A stretch of DNA of 32,000 bases, from positions 120,001 to 152,000 of the forward strand of contig NC_018267.1 of assembly GCF_000306885.1 (NCBI RefSeq), given 5' to 3'. Under the pieces are notes generated by a model. That model was not told the DNA's origin, did not search any database, and saw nothing but the letters and a program-made list of their open reading frames with translations. Positions within the stretch are counted from its first letter, which is position 1. Every line of letters starts with the position of its first letter. Shown here piece after piece: positions 9,295 to 19,953 of the stretch. The DNA is from Wolbachia endosymbiont of Onchocerca ochengi. Its GTDB lineage: Bacteria; Pseudomonadota; Alphaproteobacteria; Rickettsiales; Anaplasmataceae. Made by a program: the position numbers and the translations under genes.

Positions 9295-10317
9295 ATGCGT
9301 AAGGTCTTTATCTACATTATCATCTCTTTATTCCTGTTTATTCCTACAGCATATAGTAGTTTTTGGTATTTTTCTGCATGTAAAACAAAAAATCTTCTAG
9401 CTGGAACAATACTATACATTAATGATGAAAAATTTGATATTTCATATGACTTTAGCGGATTCCCTTCTAGCTTAATTTTCCACATAACAAATCCAAAATT
9501 CTCCAACGAACAATTAACCATATCGTCTGATACTTTGTTAATAAAAAACAGACTGTTTGATAAATCAGTATATATTTATATACCAAGCAATGAGGTCAGC
9601 ATTGCTACTTCTAGTGATAAGAAAGAAAACATAAAATGTCACACAAATAATAACAATCATTTCACTGCCAAGCTAAACGATTTACCATCTTTGTTGCGGT
9701 TTAATAGAAGTAGTAATATAATAGACTATATAGATACACTTCGTTATGAAGACTATGGATTAAAATGTGATGTTTTACCTAACTCAAAAAATCAGCAAAG
9801 TGTTATAACTGAGGTGAATGGTAAAAGTAATTATATTCAATTTCATCTCGACAAAAAATTGAGTGGAAATAATAAGCTAGAATTTGATTTTTATACTTAT
9901 CGATATAAGAATACTGCAAATCCTGAAAGGTATCTTAGTATTGATACTAAATTTAATTACGAGTTTATAAACAACATCTCAGCTGCAAGAATTAATTTCA
10001 ACATAGAAAAATTTTTAATTCAGAGCAATAATTTTGCTATTGCTGCAGATGGTAGAATAAACAATTATGATTTAGTTACATCCTCATTTAAAGACAAAAT
10101 CAATGTATCCATATCAAACTATAAAGAATTGATTTCGTTTATGACTAACGACTCAAAAATTTTAGATAAGTTTGAAAAATTAATATTTTCTTTATCAGAA
10201 AAAACAACTGATGGCAATATTAATTTTTCAATAAAATATGACAATGATGTAGGATTAAGTTTCATTGGAAAATTATCCATCACTGATTTCATGAACCAAT
10301 TAGATAAAATTACTTAG
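9295..10317 (+). CDS. conserved hypothetical protein with N-terminal signal/anchor
   Basis: A 340-aa ORF with a hydrophobic N-terminus (MRKVFIYIIISLFLFIPTAYSSFWYF) and then a beta-rich hydrophilic region. The WY/G-F-P pattern weakly resembles alphaproteobacterial DUF2125 proteins, but this was not verified. Confidence 0.7.
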   Translation: MRKVFIYIIISLFLFIPTAYSSFWYFSACKTKNLLAGTILYINDEKFDISYDFSGFPSSLIFHITNPKFSNEQLTISSDTLLIKNRLFDKSVYIYIPSNEVSIATSSDKKENIKCHTNNNNHFTAKLNDLPSLLRFNRSSNIIDYIDTLRYEDYGLKCDVLPNSKNQQSVITEVNGKSNYIQFHLDKKLSGNNKLEFDFYTYRYKNTANPERYLSIDTKFNYEFINNISAARINFNIEKFLIQSNNFAIAADGRINNYDLVTSSFKDKINVSISNYKELISFMTNDSKILDKFEKLIFSLSEKTTDGNINFSIKYDNDVGLSFIGKLSITDFMNQLDKIT

Positions 10318-10327
10318 CTAGCTAAAA

Positions 10328-10705
10328 ATGAGAACGGCAGTTAACTTACTTTTTACATTAACATTTTGCTTGAATATTAATGCTTTTGCTTTGGATGATG
10401 AGCTCAGAGACAAAGTCATGGAGAAACGAGCAACTAATTTGTTTAAAATAATAAAGTGTCCAATATGTTCTGGTGAGTCGCTATCTGAATCCGAATCTCA
10501 AATTGCATATGATATGCGCAAAGCAATTCGTAGAAAAATCAGCAATGGGTATACTGACAAACAAATAATTTTAGAGCTAAAAAATTCCTATGGAAATTCA
10601 ATTATAACTATTCCACCTATAAAACCCAGCACCTATATTTTGTGGTTTATTCCACTCACTATTTTACTAATAGGGTGTTTTTTGATACGAAAACACATCC
10701 GGTAA
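10328..10705 (+). CDS. ccmH: cytochrome c-type biogenesis protein CcmH
   Basis: 125 aa with a signal peptide, IIKCPICSGESLSESESQIAYDMRKAIRRKISNGYTDKQI (CxxC haem-lyase motif) and a C-terminal TM helix. Confidence 0.92.
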   Translation: MRTAVNLLFTLTFCLNINAFALDDELRDKVMEKRATNLFKIIKCPICSGESLSESESQIAYDMRKAIRRKISNGYTDKQIILELKNSYGNSIITIPPIKPSTYILWFIPLTILLIGCFLIRKHIR

Positions 10706-11643
10706 TAAACCTTAATTCCTATGATTTTATGGAGACATGTTTAATTTTTTGCTTGTTAGAAATTAACTACAAATCAAGTAATATAGGTAGTATATAGCAA
10801 TAGAACAGTGAGTGAGAAATGAGGAAAAATATCCAATAGATAAATAGATTGAGGTAAAAGGGAATGAGTCAGAATGAAAGAATATTTCAGAGTATTTATA
10901 CAAAAAATGAAGGAGATCATTAAAACATAGCAAAAGAAGAATATTAAATGCAATTTTGCACACACTACGTACAAAATACCAATGTAGGAGGTACTAATTA
11001 TGCAATTTTCCATTATGAAAAGCAGTGAATTGACAATTTAGGAAATAGAAGAAGTAGAGAATCCTTAAAAAATTAAATTATGAATTCTCGAATATAGTTA
11101 AGAGAAAAATAGAAAGAAATAAATAGCCAAGCCTCTATAAGTGAAAGTAAATCTGTCAAAACAGCAGAAAAAGTAGAGCTAAAGGCTACGATGAGAATAG
11201 AAAAATAAAAAGGCAGGAAAAAAGGCATAGTAGACTTTAGATACACACAGAGATATAACCACCTAAAAGGTGCTATTAATAAGAATAATAAAGATTTTAA
11301 AATACATCTAAGATGAGGTTGCAGAAAGGTCTTCTACTTAGATCAACAGAAACAAAAGGTTATCAAAGAAATAAAATTTGTTTACAACATCTACTAAAAA
11401 TTTTATATCTTGCTGTAACTAAGGTCATGGTAAAAAGGAATTTTCTTCAACTTTACCATTTTGTGAACAACTTCTTATATAAGAATGATATGAAATACTA
11501 GAAAACTTAGATATTCTATTAGAAAATTTAGCATATATAGCATTAGAAGTCTTAACGATAACAAGATTTGGTTGAGTTTCAGAAAAATTGCTGTTCATGT
11601 ATACATAAAAAGCAAGCATACTTAAAAACGTTGTTCTCTATAT

Positions 11644-12300
11644 ATAGACAGTGATGAGAAGTACTCTTAAGGCGCTTTTATGGTTAATAACTTATATTTC
11701 TGACTTGTTTCTTTATCCTGCCAATATTGATTCTAATACCTGCAGCATTTGATCAATGCAAGCAGTTCTTTCACTACAAAATTGCAAAAATAGAGTAACT
11801 GATTATAACCCTACAGTAGAGACATTATTTGAGTTCAAACTATGCAAGGAATAACTAGATATATTACAGCATATGTTATTAGCAGTCTTACTATTATATT
11901 TTTTTTAGTCTGCTTGATTCTTATAGGAACGATTCCCACATCGTTAAATCTAAATTATTCATTGCACGTGTTTGCTTATTCTTTCTGCTGTTAATAATAG
12001 CTGAAGTCTTCACGACAAAAAAACTTAGTGATATTTGAGGGCAATTATTATACAGGATTCACACAAAAGAGATGAGTACACTTGAAAATATTACCCTAAC
12101 ATAAGCAATAGCAAAATTCTCAGCACATTTGCATTAAATTATATACTTATTTTAGAGCTTTTATAATAAGCATATCTTCAAATCTGAAGCTTTGTTAACC
12201 TTAACGTTTATGATTATGATACTAATTTTTCTGTCTGCAACATTGAATAAACACAAGCAGTTTTTTATGGTGAGCTTGAAGAAGTAGTAGCAATAAACTA
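11644..12300 (+). pseudogene. possible remnant of a multi-TM membrane protein gene
   Basis: Hydrophobic stretches are scattered over shifting frames: TLKALLWLITYI/LTCFFILPILILIPAAFDQCKQFFHYKIAKIE*, MQGITRYITAYVISSLTIIFFLVCLILIGTIPTSLNLNYSLHVFAYSF/LLLIIAEVFTTKK, and LTLTFMIMILIFLSATLNKHKQFFMVSLKK*. There is no intact ORF. Confidence 0.35.
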
Positions 12301-12379
12301 CAAACCTCGAGACAATCTTTTTTCTATTTACAAGTTCATATATGCAATTATAATTAATAAAATCCTTCTAAGAGTGCTT

Positions 12380-13288
12380 ATGCCTCTGACTATAGCAATT
12401 TTGATTGGTGGGCCTTCTTGCGAGAGAGAAGTATCATTAATGAGTGGAAAAGCAGTGAAAAGAGCGCTTGATAGCCTTTCGTATAAGGCAATAGAAATAA
12501 ACGTTGACAACAATATTACTGAAAAGCTAAAAAAAATTAACCCGTGCCTTGCTTTTATCGCCCTACATGGACCTTACGGTGAAGACGGCTGCATTCAAGG
12601 CCTATTAGAAATCTTAGGTATAAAATACACCCACTCTGGAGTTATGGCTTCGTCTATTGCCATGAATAAAGAAATGTCTAAACACATATTTCACTACCTC
12701 GGTATCGATACCCCAAAAGGGTACATAATTAATCGAGAAGATATACAGAAAAACAACATCAGAATTGATTATCCGTATGTCCTAAAACCAATCAACGAAG
12801 GCTCAAGCATAGGCGTGCACATAATTTCCTCGCATGAAGATTACCTAAATCTAAAAGATAATAGTTCTACTATCATGGAAAGGATGATCATAGAAGAATA
12901 TGTTCCAGGTATAGAATTACAAACTGCTGTGTTACTAGATGAAGCAATCGGCACTATGGAAGTACGACCAAAAAATAAATTCTATAATTACGAAGCAAAA
13001 TATACAAGCGGACTTGCAGAATACATATTTCCTGCTGAAATTCCTGATAATATATATAAAATGACCTTGGAACATGCATTGAAAATCCATCGATTTCTAG
13101 AATGCAGAACTATATCTCGTTCGGATTTTCGCTATAATCCTAAAAATGAAGCTTTAAAAATGCTTGAGATTAATACACATCCTGGCCTTACTGAGCTATC
13201 ATTAGTACCAAAAATTGCAAAATTAACAAAAGGAATTGGTTTTAATGAATTAGTTCAAATTATCGTTGAAACAACACAAAAATATTAA
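12380..13288 (+). CDS. ddl: D-alanine--D-alanine ligase
   Basis: IAILIGGPSCEREVSLMSGKAV, ALHGPYGEDGCIQGLLEILGIKYTHSGVMASSIAMNK, LKPINEGSSIGVHII and LEINTHPGLTELSLVPK. The ATG at 12380 is preferred over the in-frame GTG at 12374. Confidence 0.95.
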   Translation: MPLTIAILIGGPSCEREVSLMSGKAVKRALDSLSYKAIEINVDNNITEKLKKINPCLAFIALHGPYGEDGCIQGLLEILGIKYTHSGVMASSIAMNKEMSKHIFHYLGIDTPKGYIINREDIQKNNIRIDYPYVLKPINEGSSIGVHIISSHEDYLNLKDNSSTIMERMIIEEYVPGIELQTAVLLDEAIGTMEVRPKNKFYNYEAKYTSGLAEYIFPAEIPDNIYKMTLEHALKIHRFLECRTISRSDFRYNPKNEALKMLEINTHPGLTELSLVPKIAKLTKGIGFNELVQIIVETTQKY

Positions 13289-13299
13289 AGGTTAAGTAA

Positions 13300-14058
13300 A
13301 TGCTGAACAATATTACCAGAAGCCAAAAGAATTTTTTACGTAAATGTGCTTTATTTATCATAATAATGCTCTTTTTTATATCAGTACTCCATAGAGTACT
13401 TAACAAAACCACAAGTCAACTTAATTATTATTTTACTTGGTATAACGATCGCTTATCCAATTTATTGCTAAGTAACGGATTTTCAATTGATGAAGTAGTC
13501 ATCACTGGTAACAAATTCACAAATGAAAAGGACATTTTAAATTTGATAAATAAAACACAACCAATCATATATGTATCACTTTCAAAGCTTGCTGATAGCA
13601 TACAGTCCATAAGCAAATGGATAAAATACGTAAGAATTTATAGAATTTTACCCAATACCCTATATATTAATGTAGGCGAACATAAACCCTTTGCCCTATG
13701 GAGTAACGATAATAAAACTTCAGTAATTAATTCTGAAGGTAAAGTGATTGCAGATAACTATCCAATAGATAACCTCGTTGTAATCACAGGACAAAATTCG
13801 TTATCAAATCTAGAATTCATTAAAAATATACTAGAAAGAAAAACTCAATTGAGCAGCCATATTTCTTCTTGTGTTTATATAGAAAATAAAAGATGGAACG
13901 TCATACTTGATAACGTCTCTACAGTAAAACTACCCAAAGATAACCCTTACAGAGCATGGAATTATTTAAACCATTTGCAAAGTACGACTGATTTCACCTT
14001 TAGCAACTGGAGCATAATTGATATGCGTATTACAGATAAAATCTTTATGAGTAGGTGA
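13300..14058 (+). CDS. ftsQ: cell division protein FtsQ
   Basis: N-terminal TM anchor, then a POTRA-like domain (FSIDEVVITGNKFTNEKDILNLI...IKYVRIYRILPNTLYINVGEHKPFALW). It starts 11 bp after ddl. Confidence 0.88.
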   Translation: MLNNITRSQKNFLRKCALFIIIMLFFISVLHRVLNKTTSQLNYYFTWYNDRLSNLLLSNGFSIDEVVITGNKFTNEKDILNLINKTQPIIYVSLSKLADSIQSISKWIKYVRIYRILPNTLYINVGEHKPFALWSNDNKTSVINSEGKVIADNYPIDNLVVITGQNSLSNLEFIKNILERKTQLSSHISSCVYIENKRWNVILDNVSTVKLPKDNPYRAWNYLNHLQSTTDFTFSNWSIIDMRITDKIFMSR

Positions 14059-14656
14059 TCTGCTGTCATTCAAACATAACACTAGTTTCTTTATGATCAT
14101 TGTTGCCAAGCGTACAATGCTAAGATTTAGTTTTTTATGCTACTTTATAATGATAACTCCAAATAGTCTTAATGTTGTACCACCAATACCTTCTTTTTTT
14201 GTCGTTCTAACATCTCTTCCCTGTTACTTAAGTAGGTGATACTAAGATCCAAAAAAAAAAAGAAACATAGATTCCAACTCTATACGCTGGATAACGCCGT
14301 TTTGAAAAACAGATGTTCACTTACAATTAAAAGTAATTATAAATATCTTGTAAAAAAATTACTAAACAAAAAAACAGAAAATCTCCTATAGTAAATAGTT
14401 GCTCACCCTCTCTAATCTGTAAAATTATCATCTTATACTACCTTGAACAACTTATAAGCGCATTTCAGCTCTGAAACCTAAGAAAGTTAGGTAAAATTAA
14501 TAAAGATATAAAGGAAATATAGTTCACAAAACTAAGCACAAGACACCAACTACATAATACTTACGCTGTTCAATCCGCACAGAAGATTAAAGAATAACTG
14601 AACACCTTTATTATCGCAATAGGAAGACAAGCTTTACCAAGCAGTTTCCATTTGAA

Positions 14657-15384
14657 TCAAACATACTGCCAAAAATTACGCAAGAGCTCTATTAGAGCAA
14701 AAGCATAAGGTCTCTCGACTCTGGAAATCTCATGTTTAGCTGTAAAAACAGATATTTATTAAAAATAATACCCTGTGATTTTTAGCCCTGATTGAAATTC
14801 TTGATATATGAGTAACTATCTTATAGATTATTATTATATACTTCATACAATATTTGCGGGAAAAGTAGAGGTTTATCTTCTAGTAAGCTCCTACTTTTTT
14901 TTAACACTACCTTAACAGTTTTTTGAGAAATAAACTGTAAGTCTTCCTTAGTACTTGTCACAACGCACTTCGATAGATCTAGCTTAAACCCAAATTATGT
15001 ATAGCAAAAGCTTCAAATTAAGATAACAACCTTACCAAGGTTTACTGTTGTGCTTGATTACATAATAAAATATCAAAGGTTATCATATAGCATAAAACAA
15101 GATTATTTCTCTACTTTTCAACCCATCCTGAAGGATAGTAATAGAATAGAGTGAAGATTCAATTAATCCACATTAAAAAAATTAGGTTTTCAGTAATTTA
15201 GTACTCCATTCCGCATGTAATAGATTTAATAGATTACCTGTTTAAAACTTATGATTGCTGTTATGTGTTTTGCCCTGTTTAATTCCCTGCACTCTCCGTG
15301 ACTTTTTGTAAACAGAGAAAGAATCAAGTCTTTATCACCATACTTTTTAAAAGTAATAATAATACCTCCATCTTTACATCTCAT
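14657..15384 (-). pseudogene. recO: decayed recO (DNA repair protein RecO)
   Basis: On the minus strand, the N-terminus is MRCKDGGIIITFKKYGDKDLILSLFTKSHGECRELNRAK. A middle segment in another frame is TGNLLNLLHAEWSTKLLKT*. The C-terminal segments are EAFAIHNLGLS/LDLSKCVVTSTKEDLQFISQKTVKVVLKKSRSLLEDKPLLFP, then QEFQSGLKITGYYFLI. Order and overall span (about 242 codons) match RecO, with several stops and frameshifts. Confidence 0.8.
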
Positions 15385-15644
15385 TTTGAACAACTAATCT
15401 ATTGACCGTATAACATTATACGGTAGTAAAGCTGGTGCAGCAAAAAACTATATTTCCAAGCTCAGGAAAATATTATCAAGAAGTGCTCTTAGATTGTGAA
15501 ACTAAAAGATTATCATCTTCTTGTGATCCTATCAAGCAAATCCCATTTAGGTTTTAAAAGATTTCACAAAATTTAAGTCTTTTATTGGACAGCAACCGTA
15601 TAAGTTAAGATAAAATTATTAGAATAATAATGTTTATTTTTATA

Positions 15645-15673
15645 TTGACTATTGGGGTTTATTATTTTATAAT
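15645..15673 (+). promoter_or_regulatory. putative sigma70 promoter of the rpsL operon
   Basis: TTGACT (15645-15650), 17-bp spacer, TATAAT (15668-15673), 40 bp upstream of the rpsL ATG. Confidence 0.7.
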
Positions 15674-15713
15674 TAGAACTTAAATTGTTTTAATGAGCCT
15701 AAGTTTTTAATGT

Positions 15714-16088
15714 ATGCCTACGATAAATCAGTTAGTACGCAAAGGTAGATTAAAGTTACTCTGTAAGAAAAAGGTTCCTGCCTTAGGAAGAAATAATCCT
15801 CAGAGAAAAGGCGTTTGTACTAAAGTGTATACTACAACTCCTAGAAAACCTAATTCAGCACTACGTAAAGTCGCTAGAGTAAGGATTAGTGGATATGGTG
15901 AAGTAACAGCTTATATACCTGGTGAAGGCCATAACTTACAGGAGCACTCAGTCGTTTTGATACGAGGTGGACGAGTTAAAGATCTACCTGGTGTACGCTA
16001 TCACATAATAAGAGGTACTCTTGATCTGCGTGGTGTACAAAATCGGAAAAAGGCTCGTTCAAAATATGGTGTAAAAAAATCTAGTTAA
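15714..16088 (+). CDS. rpsL: 30S ribosomal protein S12
   Basis: [12 protein letters not shown]..., [62 protein letters not shown]. Confidence 0.99.
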   Translation: MPTINQLVRKGRLKLLCKKKVPALGRNNPQRKGVCTKVYTTTPRKPNSALRKVARVRISGYGEVTAYIPGEGHNLQEHSVVLIRGGRVKDLPGVRYHIIRGTLDLRGVQNRKKARSKYGVKKSS

Positions 16089-16093
16089 AATTT

Positions 16094-16573
16094 ATGGCTC
16101 GTCGGAATAAAGCAAAAAAGAGAAAAATAAGTCCTGATTCACATTACGGTAGTGTTTTATTAACGCGTTTTATCAATATAATTATGAAATGTGGTAAAAA
16201 GTCCATTGCAGAAAAAATTGTCTATGATGCTCTATCTTCAGCTGAAAAAAAAATGAAGGAAAGCGGAATACTAATTTTTGAAACGGCAGTGGAAAATGTT
16301 ACCCCCTCTATAGAAGTACGTCCTCGTCGTATTGGCGGTGCAACTTATCAAGTACCTGTTGAGGTCAGAAAGGATAGAGCAGTTTCTTTAGCACTAAGGT
16401 GGATTGCAGAAGCTGCTTCTGCAGCTCGAAAAAAAAGTAGAAAAAATTCTACTGATTGTCTACAAACTGAAATCATAGATGCTTACAATAAACGCGGTGG
16501 TGCATTTAAGATGTATGAAGAAAAATATAAAATGGCCGAGGCTAATAAAGCCTTTTCCCATCTTAGCTTTTAA
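16094..16573 (+). CDS. rpsG: 30S ribosomal protein S7
   Basis: [47 protein letters not shown]..., [20 protein letters not shown]. Confidence 0.98.
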   Translation: MARRNKAKKRKISPDSHYGSVLLTRFINIIMKCGKKSIAEKIVYDALSSAEKKMKESGILIFETAVENVTPSIEVRPRRIGGATYQVPVEVRKDRAVSLALRWIAEAASAARKKSRKNSTDCLQTEIIDAYNKRGGAFKMYEEKYKMAEANKAFSHLSF

Positions 16574-16594
16574 TGTTAATTAATTAATAGTAAT

Positions 16595-18661
16595 ATGGAA
16601 ATTAACATATCTGAATATAGAAATATAGGTATAATGGCTCATATAGATGCTGGCAAGACTACCACAACAGAGCGTATTTTATTTTATACTGGTAAACAAA
16701 ATAGAATTGGCGAAGTGCATGATGGTGCAGCTTCTATGGATTGGATGGAGCAGGAAAAAGAGCGTGGTATTACAATCACATCCGCTGCTACAACTTGTTT
16801 CTGGAATGGTCACAAAATCAATATAATAGATACTCCTGGGCACGTTGACTTTACTGTCGAAGTTGAAAGATCCTTAAGAGTTTTGGATGGTGCAGTTGCC
16901 GTATTTGACGGAGTTGCAGGAGTCGAACCTCAATCTGAAACTGTCTGGCGTCAAGCTGATAAGTATAATGTTCCCCGCATCTGTTTTATCAATAAAATGG
17001 ATAGAATAGGAGCAAATTTTCATCGATGTGTTGATATGGTTAAAAATAAGCTAGGAGCAGTGCCTTTAATCATTCAGCTGCCAATAGGGAATGAAAAGGA
17101 TTTTAAAGGCGTAATAGATCTTGTCTCTATGAAAGCTATTATATGGGAAAAAGAAGCATTAGGTGCTAAATTTTTCTATGAAGATATTCCTTTTAGTTTG
17201 CTTGACAAGGCACAAGAGTACCGAAGTCTTTTATTAGATACTGCAGCTGGAATGGATGATGAAGCAATGAACGTTTACTTTGAATTCAATGATTTACCGG
17301 TAGAGTTGTTGAAGAAATGTGTGAGAAGCGGGACTATTAAAGGAACATTTGTTCCGGTGTTATGCGGGTCAGCTTTTAAAAATAAAGGAGTACAGCCACT
17401 CTTAAACAGTATAGTTGATTTTCTACCCTCTCCTATTGACGTTAACGAAATTGTTGGGACTGATCCTAAAAACAAAGAGAAAAAAATTGTAATTAAGCCT
17501 TCAGAGCAGGAAAAATTTGTTGCTCTTGCATTTAAAGTGATGACAGATAAGTTCGTGGGCAGCTTAACGTTCATTCGTATTTATTCCGGTAAATTAAAAT
17601 CTAAGTCTACTGTATTGAATGCGGGAAAAAATGAAAATGAATGGATTGGCAGAATGCTGCTCATGCATGCAAACAACAGGGAAGATATAAGTGAAGCTAA
17701 GGTCGGAGATATAGTTGCTTTAGTCGGACTGAAAAAAACAATTACTGGTGACACTTTATGTTCACAAAATTTTCCTATATTATTAGAGCGTATGGAATTT
17801 CCTGAACCTGTTATTGAAATTGCTATAGAGCCTAAAACCACTTCAGACCAGGAAAAATTAGGTATTGCTTTAAGCAGATTAGTTGCAGAAGATCCTTCAT
17901 TAAGAATGTCAATAAATACAGAAAGTGGTCAGACTATATTAAAAGGCATGGGCGAGTTGCATCTTGAAATTATTACAGATAGGGTAAAGCGTGAATTTAA
18001 TATTGATGTTAATATTGGTGCACCTCAAGTTGCATACCGTGAAACTATTACTAAATCTGTTGAGATTGATTACACTCACAAAAAACAATCTGGTGGTGCT
18101 GGTCAATTTGCTAGGGTAAAGCTCTTATTTGAACCTCTCCAAGCCGGTTCTGGATTTCAATTTGAAAGCAAAATTGTAGGTGGTGTAATTCCAAAAGAAT
18201 ATATCCCTAGCGTGCAAAATGGTTTAGAATTGATAAAAGAAAGCGGCATAATCTCTGGTTTTCCAGTTATTGATTTTAAGGCTACTCTTATTGATGGTGC
18301 TTTTCATGAAGTTGATTCAAGTCCTTTAGCCTTTGAGTTAGCTGCTAAAGGCGCCTTTAAGGAAATGGCAAATAAGGCTAGTCCAAAGATATTAGAGCCT
18401 ATAATGAAAGTTGAAATTATTACACCTGAAGAGTATATGGGTGATATTATGGGTAACGTAAACAGTAGAAGAGGGCAAGTTTCAAGCATGGAAACACATA
18501 ATAATAGTGCTATAATCCTTGCTTTAGTACCTCTTGCAAGTATGTTTGGCTATATAAATGTTTTACGTTCTATATCTCAAGGAAGAGCTCAATATAGTAT
18601 GCATTTTTCTTGTTATGAACAAGTGCCACAATGTGTGGTTGATAAGTTAAAGTACAATTAA
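16595..18661 (+). CDS. fusA: elongation factor G
   Basis: 688 aa with [51 protein letters not shown] and [10 protein letters not shown]. Confidence 0.99.
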   Translation: MEINISEYRNIGIMAHIDAGKTTTTERILFYTGKQNRIGEVHDGAASMDWMEQEKERGITITSAATTCFWNGHKINIIDTPGHVDFTVEVERSLRVLDGAVAVFDGVAGVEPQSETVWRQADKYNVPRICFINKMDRIGANFHRCVDMVKNKLGAVPLIIQLPIGNEKDFKGVIDLVSMKAIIWEKEALGAKFFYEDIPFSLLDKAQEYRSLLLDTAAGMDDEAMNVYFEFNDLPVELLKKCVRSGTIKGTFVPVLCGSAFKNKGVQPLLNSIVDFLPSPIDVNEIVGTDPKNKEKKIVIKPSEQEKFVALAFKVMTDKFVGSLTFIRIYSGKLKSKSTVLNAGKNENEWIGRMLLMHANNREDISEAKVGDIVALVGLKKTITGDTLCSQNFPILLERMEFPEPVIEIAIEPKTTSDQEKLGIALSRLVAEDPSLRMSINTESGQTILKGMGELHLEIITDRVKREFNIDVNIGAPQVAYRETITKSVEIDYTHKKQSGGAGQFARVKLLFEPLQAGSGFQFESKIVGGVIPKEYIPSVQNGLELIKESGIISGFPVIDFKATLIDGAFHEVDSSPLAFELAAKGAFKEMANKASPKILEPIMKVEIITPEEYMGDIMGNVNSRRGQVSSMETHNNSAIILALVPLASMFGYINVLRSISQGRAQYSMHFSCYEQVPQCVVDKLKYN

Positions 18662-18672
18662 GGACAATAATT

Positions 18673-19845
18673 ATGGCACAAATAGTAGAAGCATTTGGTA
18701 AGCCACATGTAAATGTGGGAACAATAGGACATGTCGATCATGGGAAAACAACGTTAACAGCTGCGATAACAAAGTATTATGGAAATTTCGTAGCATACGA
18801 TCAAATAGATAAAGCACCTGAAGAGAGAAAAAGGGGAATAACGATAGCAACAGCACATGTTGAGTATGAAACAGATAAGAAACACTATGCACATGTTGAC
18901 TGTCCTGGGCATGCTGATTATGTGAAAAATATGATAGTAGGTGCAGCACAGATGGATGCAGCTATATTAGTAGTGTCTGGAGTTGATGGACCAATGCCGC
19001 AAACAAGAGAGCACATATTACTTGCAAAACAAGTTGGTGTTAAATATATCGTTGTATATATAAATAAAGCTGATGTAGCTGATCACGATATAATTGGCTT
19101 AGTGGAAATGGAAGTCAGAGAATTGTTGAGTAAGTATGAATTTCCTGGTGACGATGTTCCTGTAGTGATTGGGTCTGCATTAAAAGCGCTAGAAAGTGAA
19201 GATAGTGAATACGGAAAGAGATCAATAGAAAAATTGATGGAAAAGTTAGATGAATATGTAGCAGTTCCACCAAGACCTGTGGATCTACCATTTTTAATGC
19301 CAATTGAGGATGTATTTTCAATACTAGGACGTGGAACAGTAGTAACAGGAAGAATAGAAAGGGGAGAAATAAGAACAGGCGAAGAGATGGAAATAGTAGG
19401 TTTAAAAGCGACACGAAAGGCAATATGTACAGGAGTAGAAATGTTTAAGAAGTCTCTAGATAAGGGATGTGCTGGATTAAATGTAGGGGTATTACTAAGA
19501 GGAACGAAAAGAGAAGAAGTAGAAAGAGGTCAAGTGTTGGCAAAGCCAAATTCAATAACACCGCATAAAAAGTTTAAGGCAGAAGTATATATATTAAAGC
19601 AAGAAGAGGGAGGGAGACATACACCATTTTTTGAAAATTATCAGCCGCAATTTTACATAAGAACTACAGATGTGACAGGAAGTATAAAATTGCTGAAAGG
19701 GAAAGAGATGGTAATGCCAGGAGATAATGTGAGCATAGAAGTAGAATTGCAGGTACCGATAGCAATGGATAAGGGATTACGTTTTGCGATAAGAGAAGGT
19801 GGTAGAACTGTTGGTTCTGGTGTTGTTTCCGAAATTTTGGAGTAG
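18673..19845 (+). CDS. tuf: elongation factor Tu
   Basis: 390 aa with [70 protein letters not shown] and NKAD. Confidence 0.99.
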   Translation: MAQIVEAFGKPHVNVGTIGHVDHGKTTLTAAITKYYGNFVAYDQIDKAPEERKRGITIATAHVEYETDKKHYAHVDCPGHADYVKNMIVGAAQMDAAILVVSGVDGPMPQTREHILLAKQVGVKYIVVYINKADVADHDIIGLVEMEVRELLSKYEFPGDDVPVVIGSALKALESEDSEYGKRSIEKLMEKLDEYVAVPPRPVDLPFLMPIEDVFSILGRGTVVTGRIERGEIRTGEEMEIVGLKATRKAICTGVEMFKKSLDKGCAGLNVGVLLRGTKREEVERGQVLAKPNSITPHKKFKAEVYILKQEEGGRHTPFFENYQPQFYIRTTDVTGSIKLLKGKEMVMPGDNVSIEVELQVPIAMDKGLRFAIREGGRTVGSGVVSEILE

Positions 19846-19859
19846 AAAGTTTTAGCTAT

Positions 19860-19932
19860 AGGAGTGTAGCTTAATTGGTAGAGCGCTGGTCTCCAAAACC
19901 AGAGGTTGTAGGTTCAATCCCTACCGCTCCTG
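19860..19932 (+). tRNA. tRNA-Trp (anticodon CCA); 3' CCA not encoded
   Basis: Cloverleaf AGGAGTG TA GCTTAATTGGTAGAGC G CTGGT CTCCAAA ACCAG AGGTT GTAGG TTCAATC CCTAC CGCTCCT G. The 7-bp acceptor, 5-bp anticodon and 5-bp T stems all pair. Confidence 0.96.
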
Positions 19933-19953
19933 CATTATAATGTTGCATTAGAG

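Noticed and set aside
11313-11501. 62-aa ORF MRLQKGLLLRSTETKGYQRN... as a real small gene
   Set aside because: It lies in an eroded intergenic region with no clear start signal, domain or neighbour support, so it was not called.
19081-19110. EF-Tu G4 motif NKAD instead of the common NKCD or NKVD
   Set aside because: The consensus is NKxD and the third position is variable, so no functional inference is warranted.
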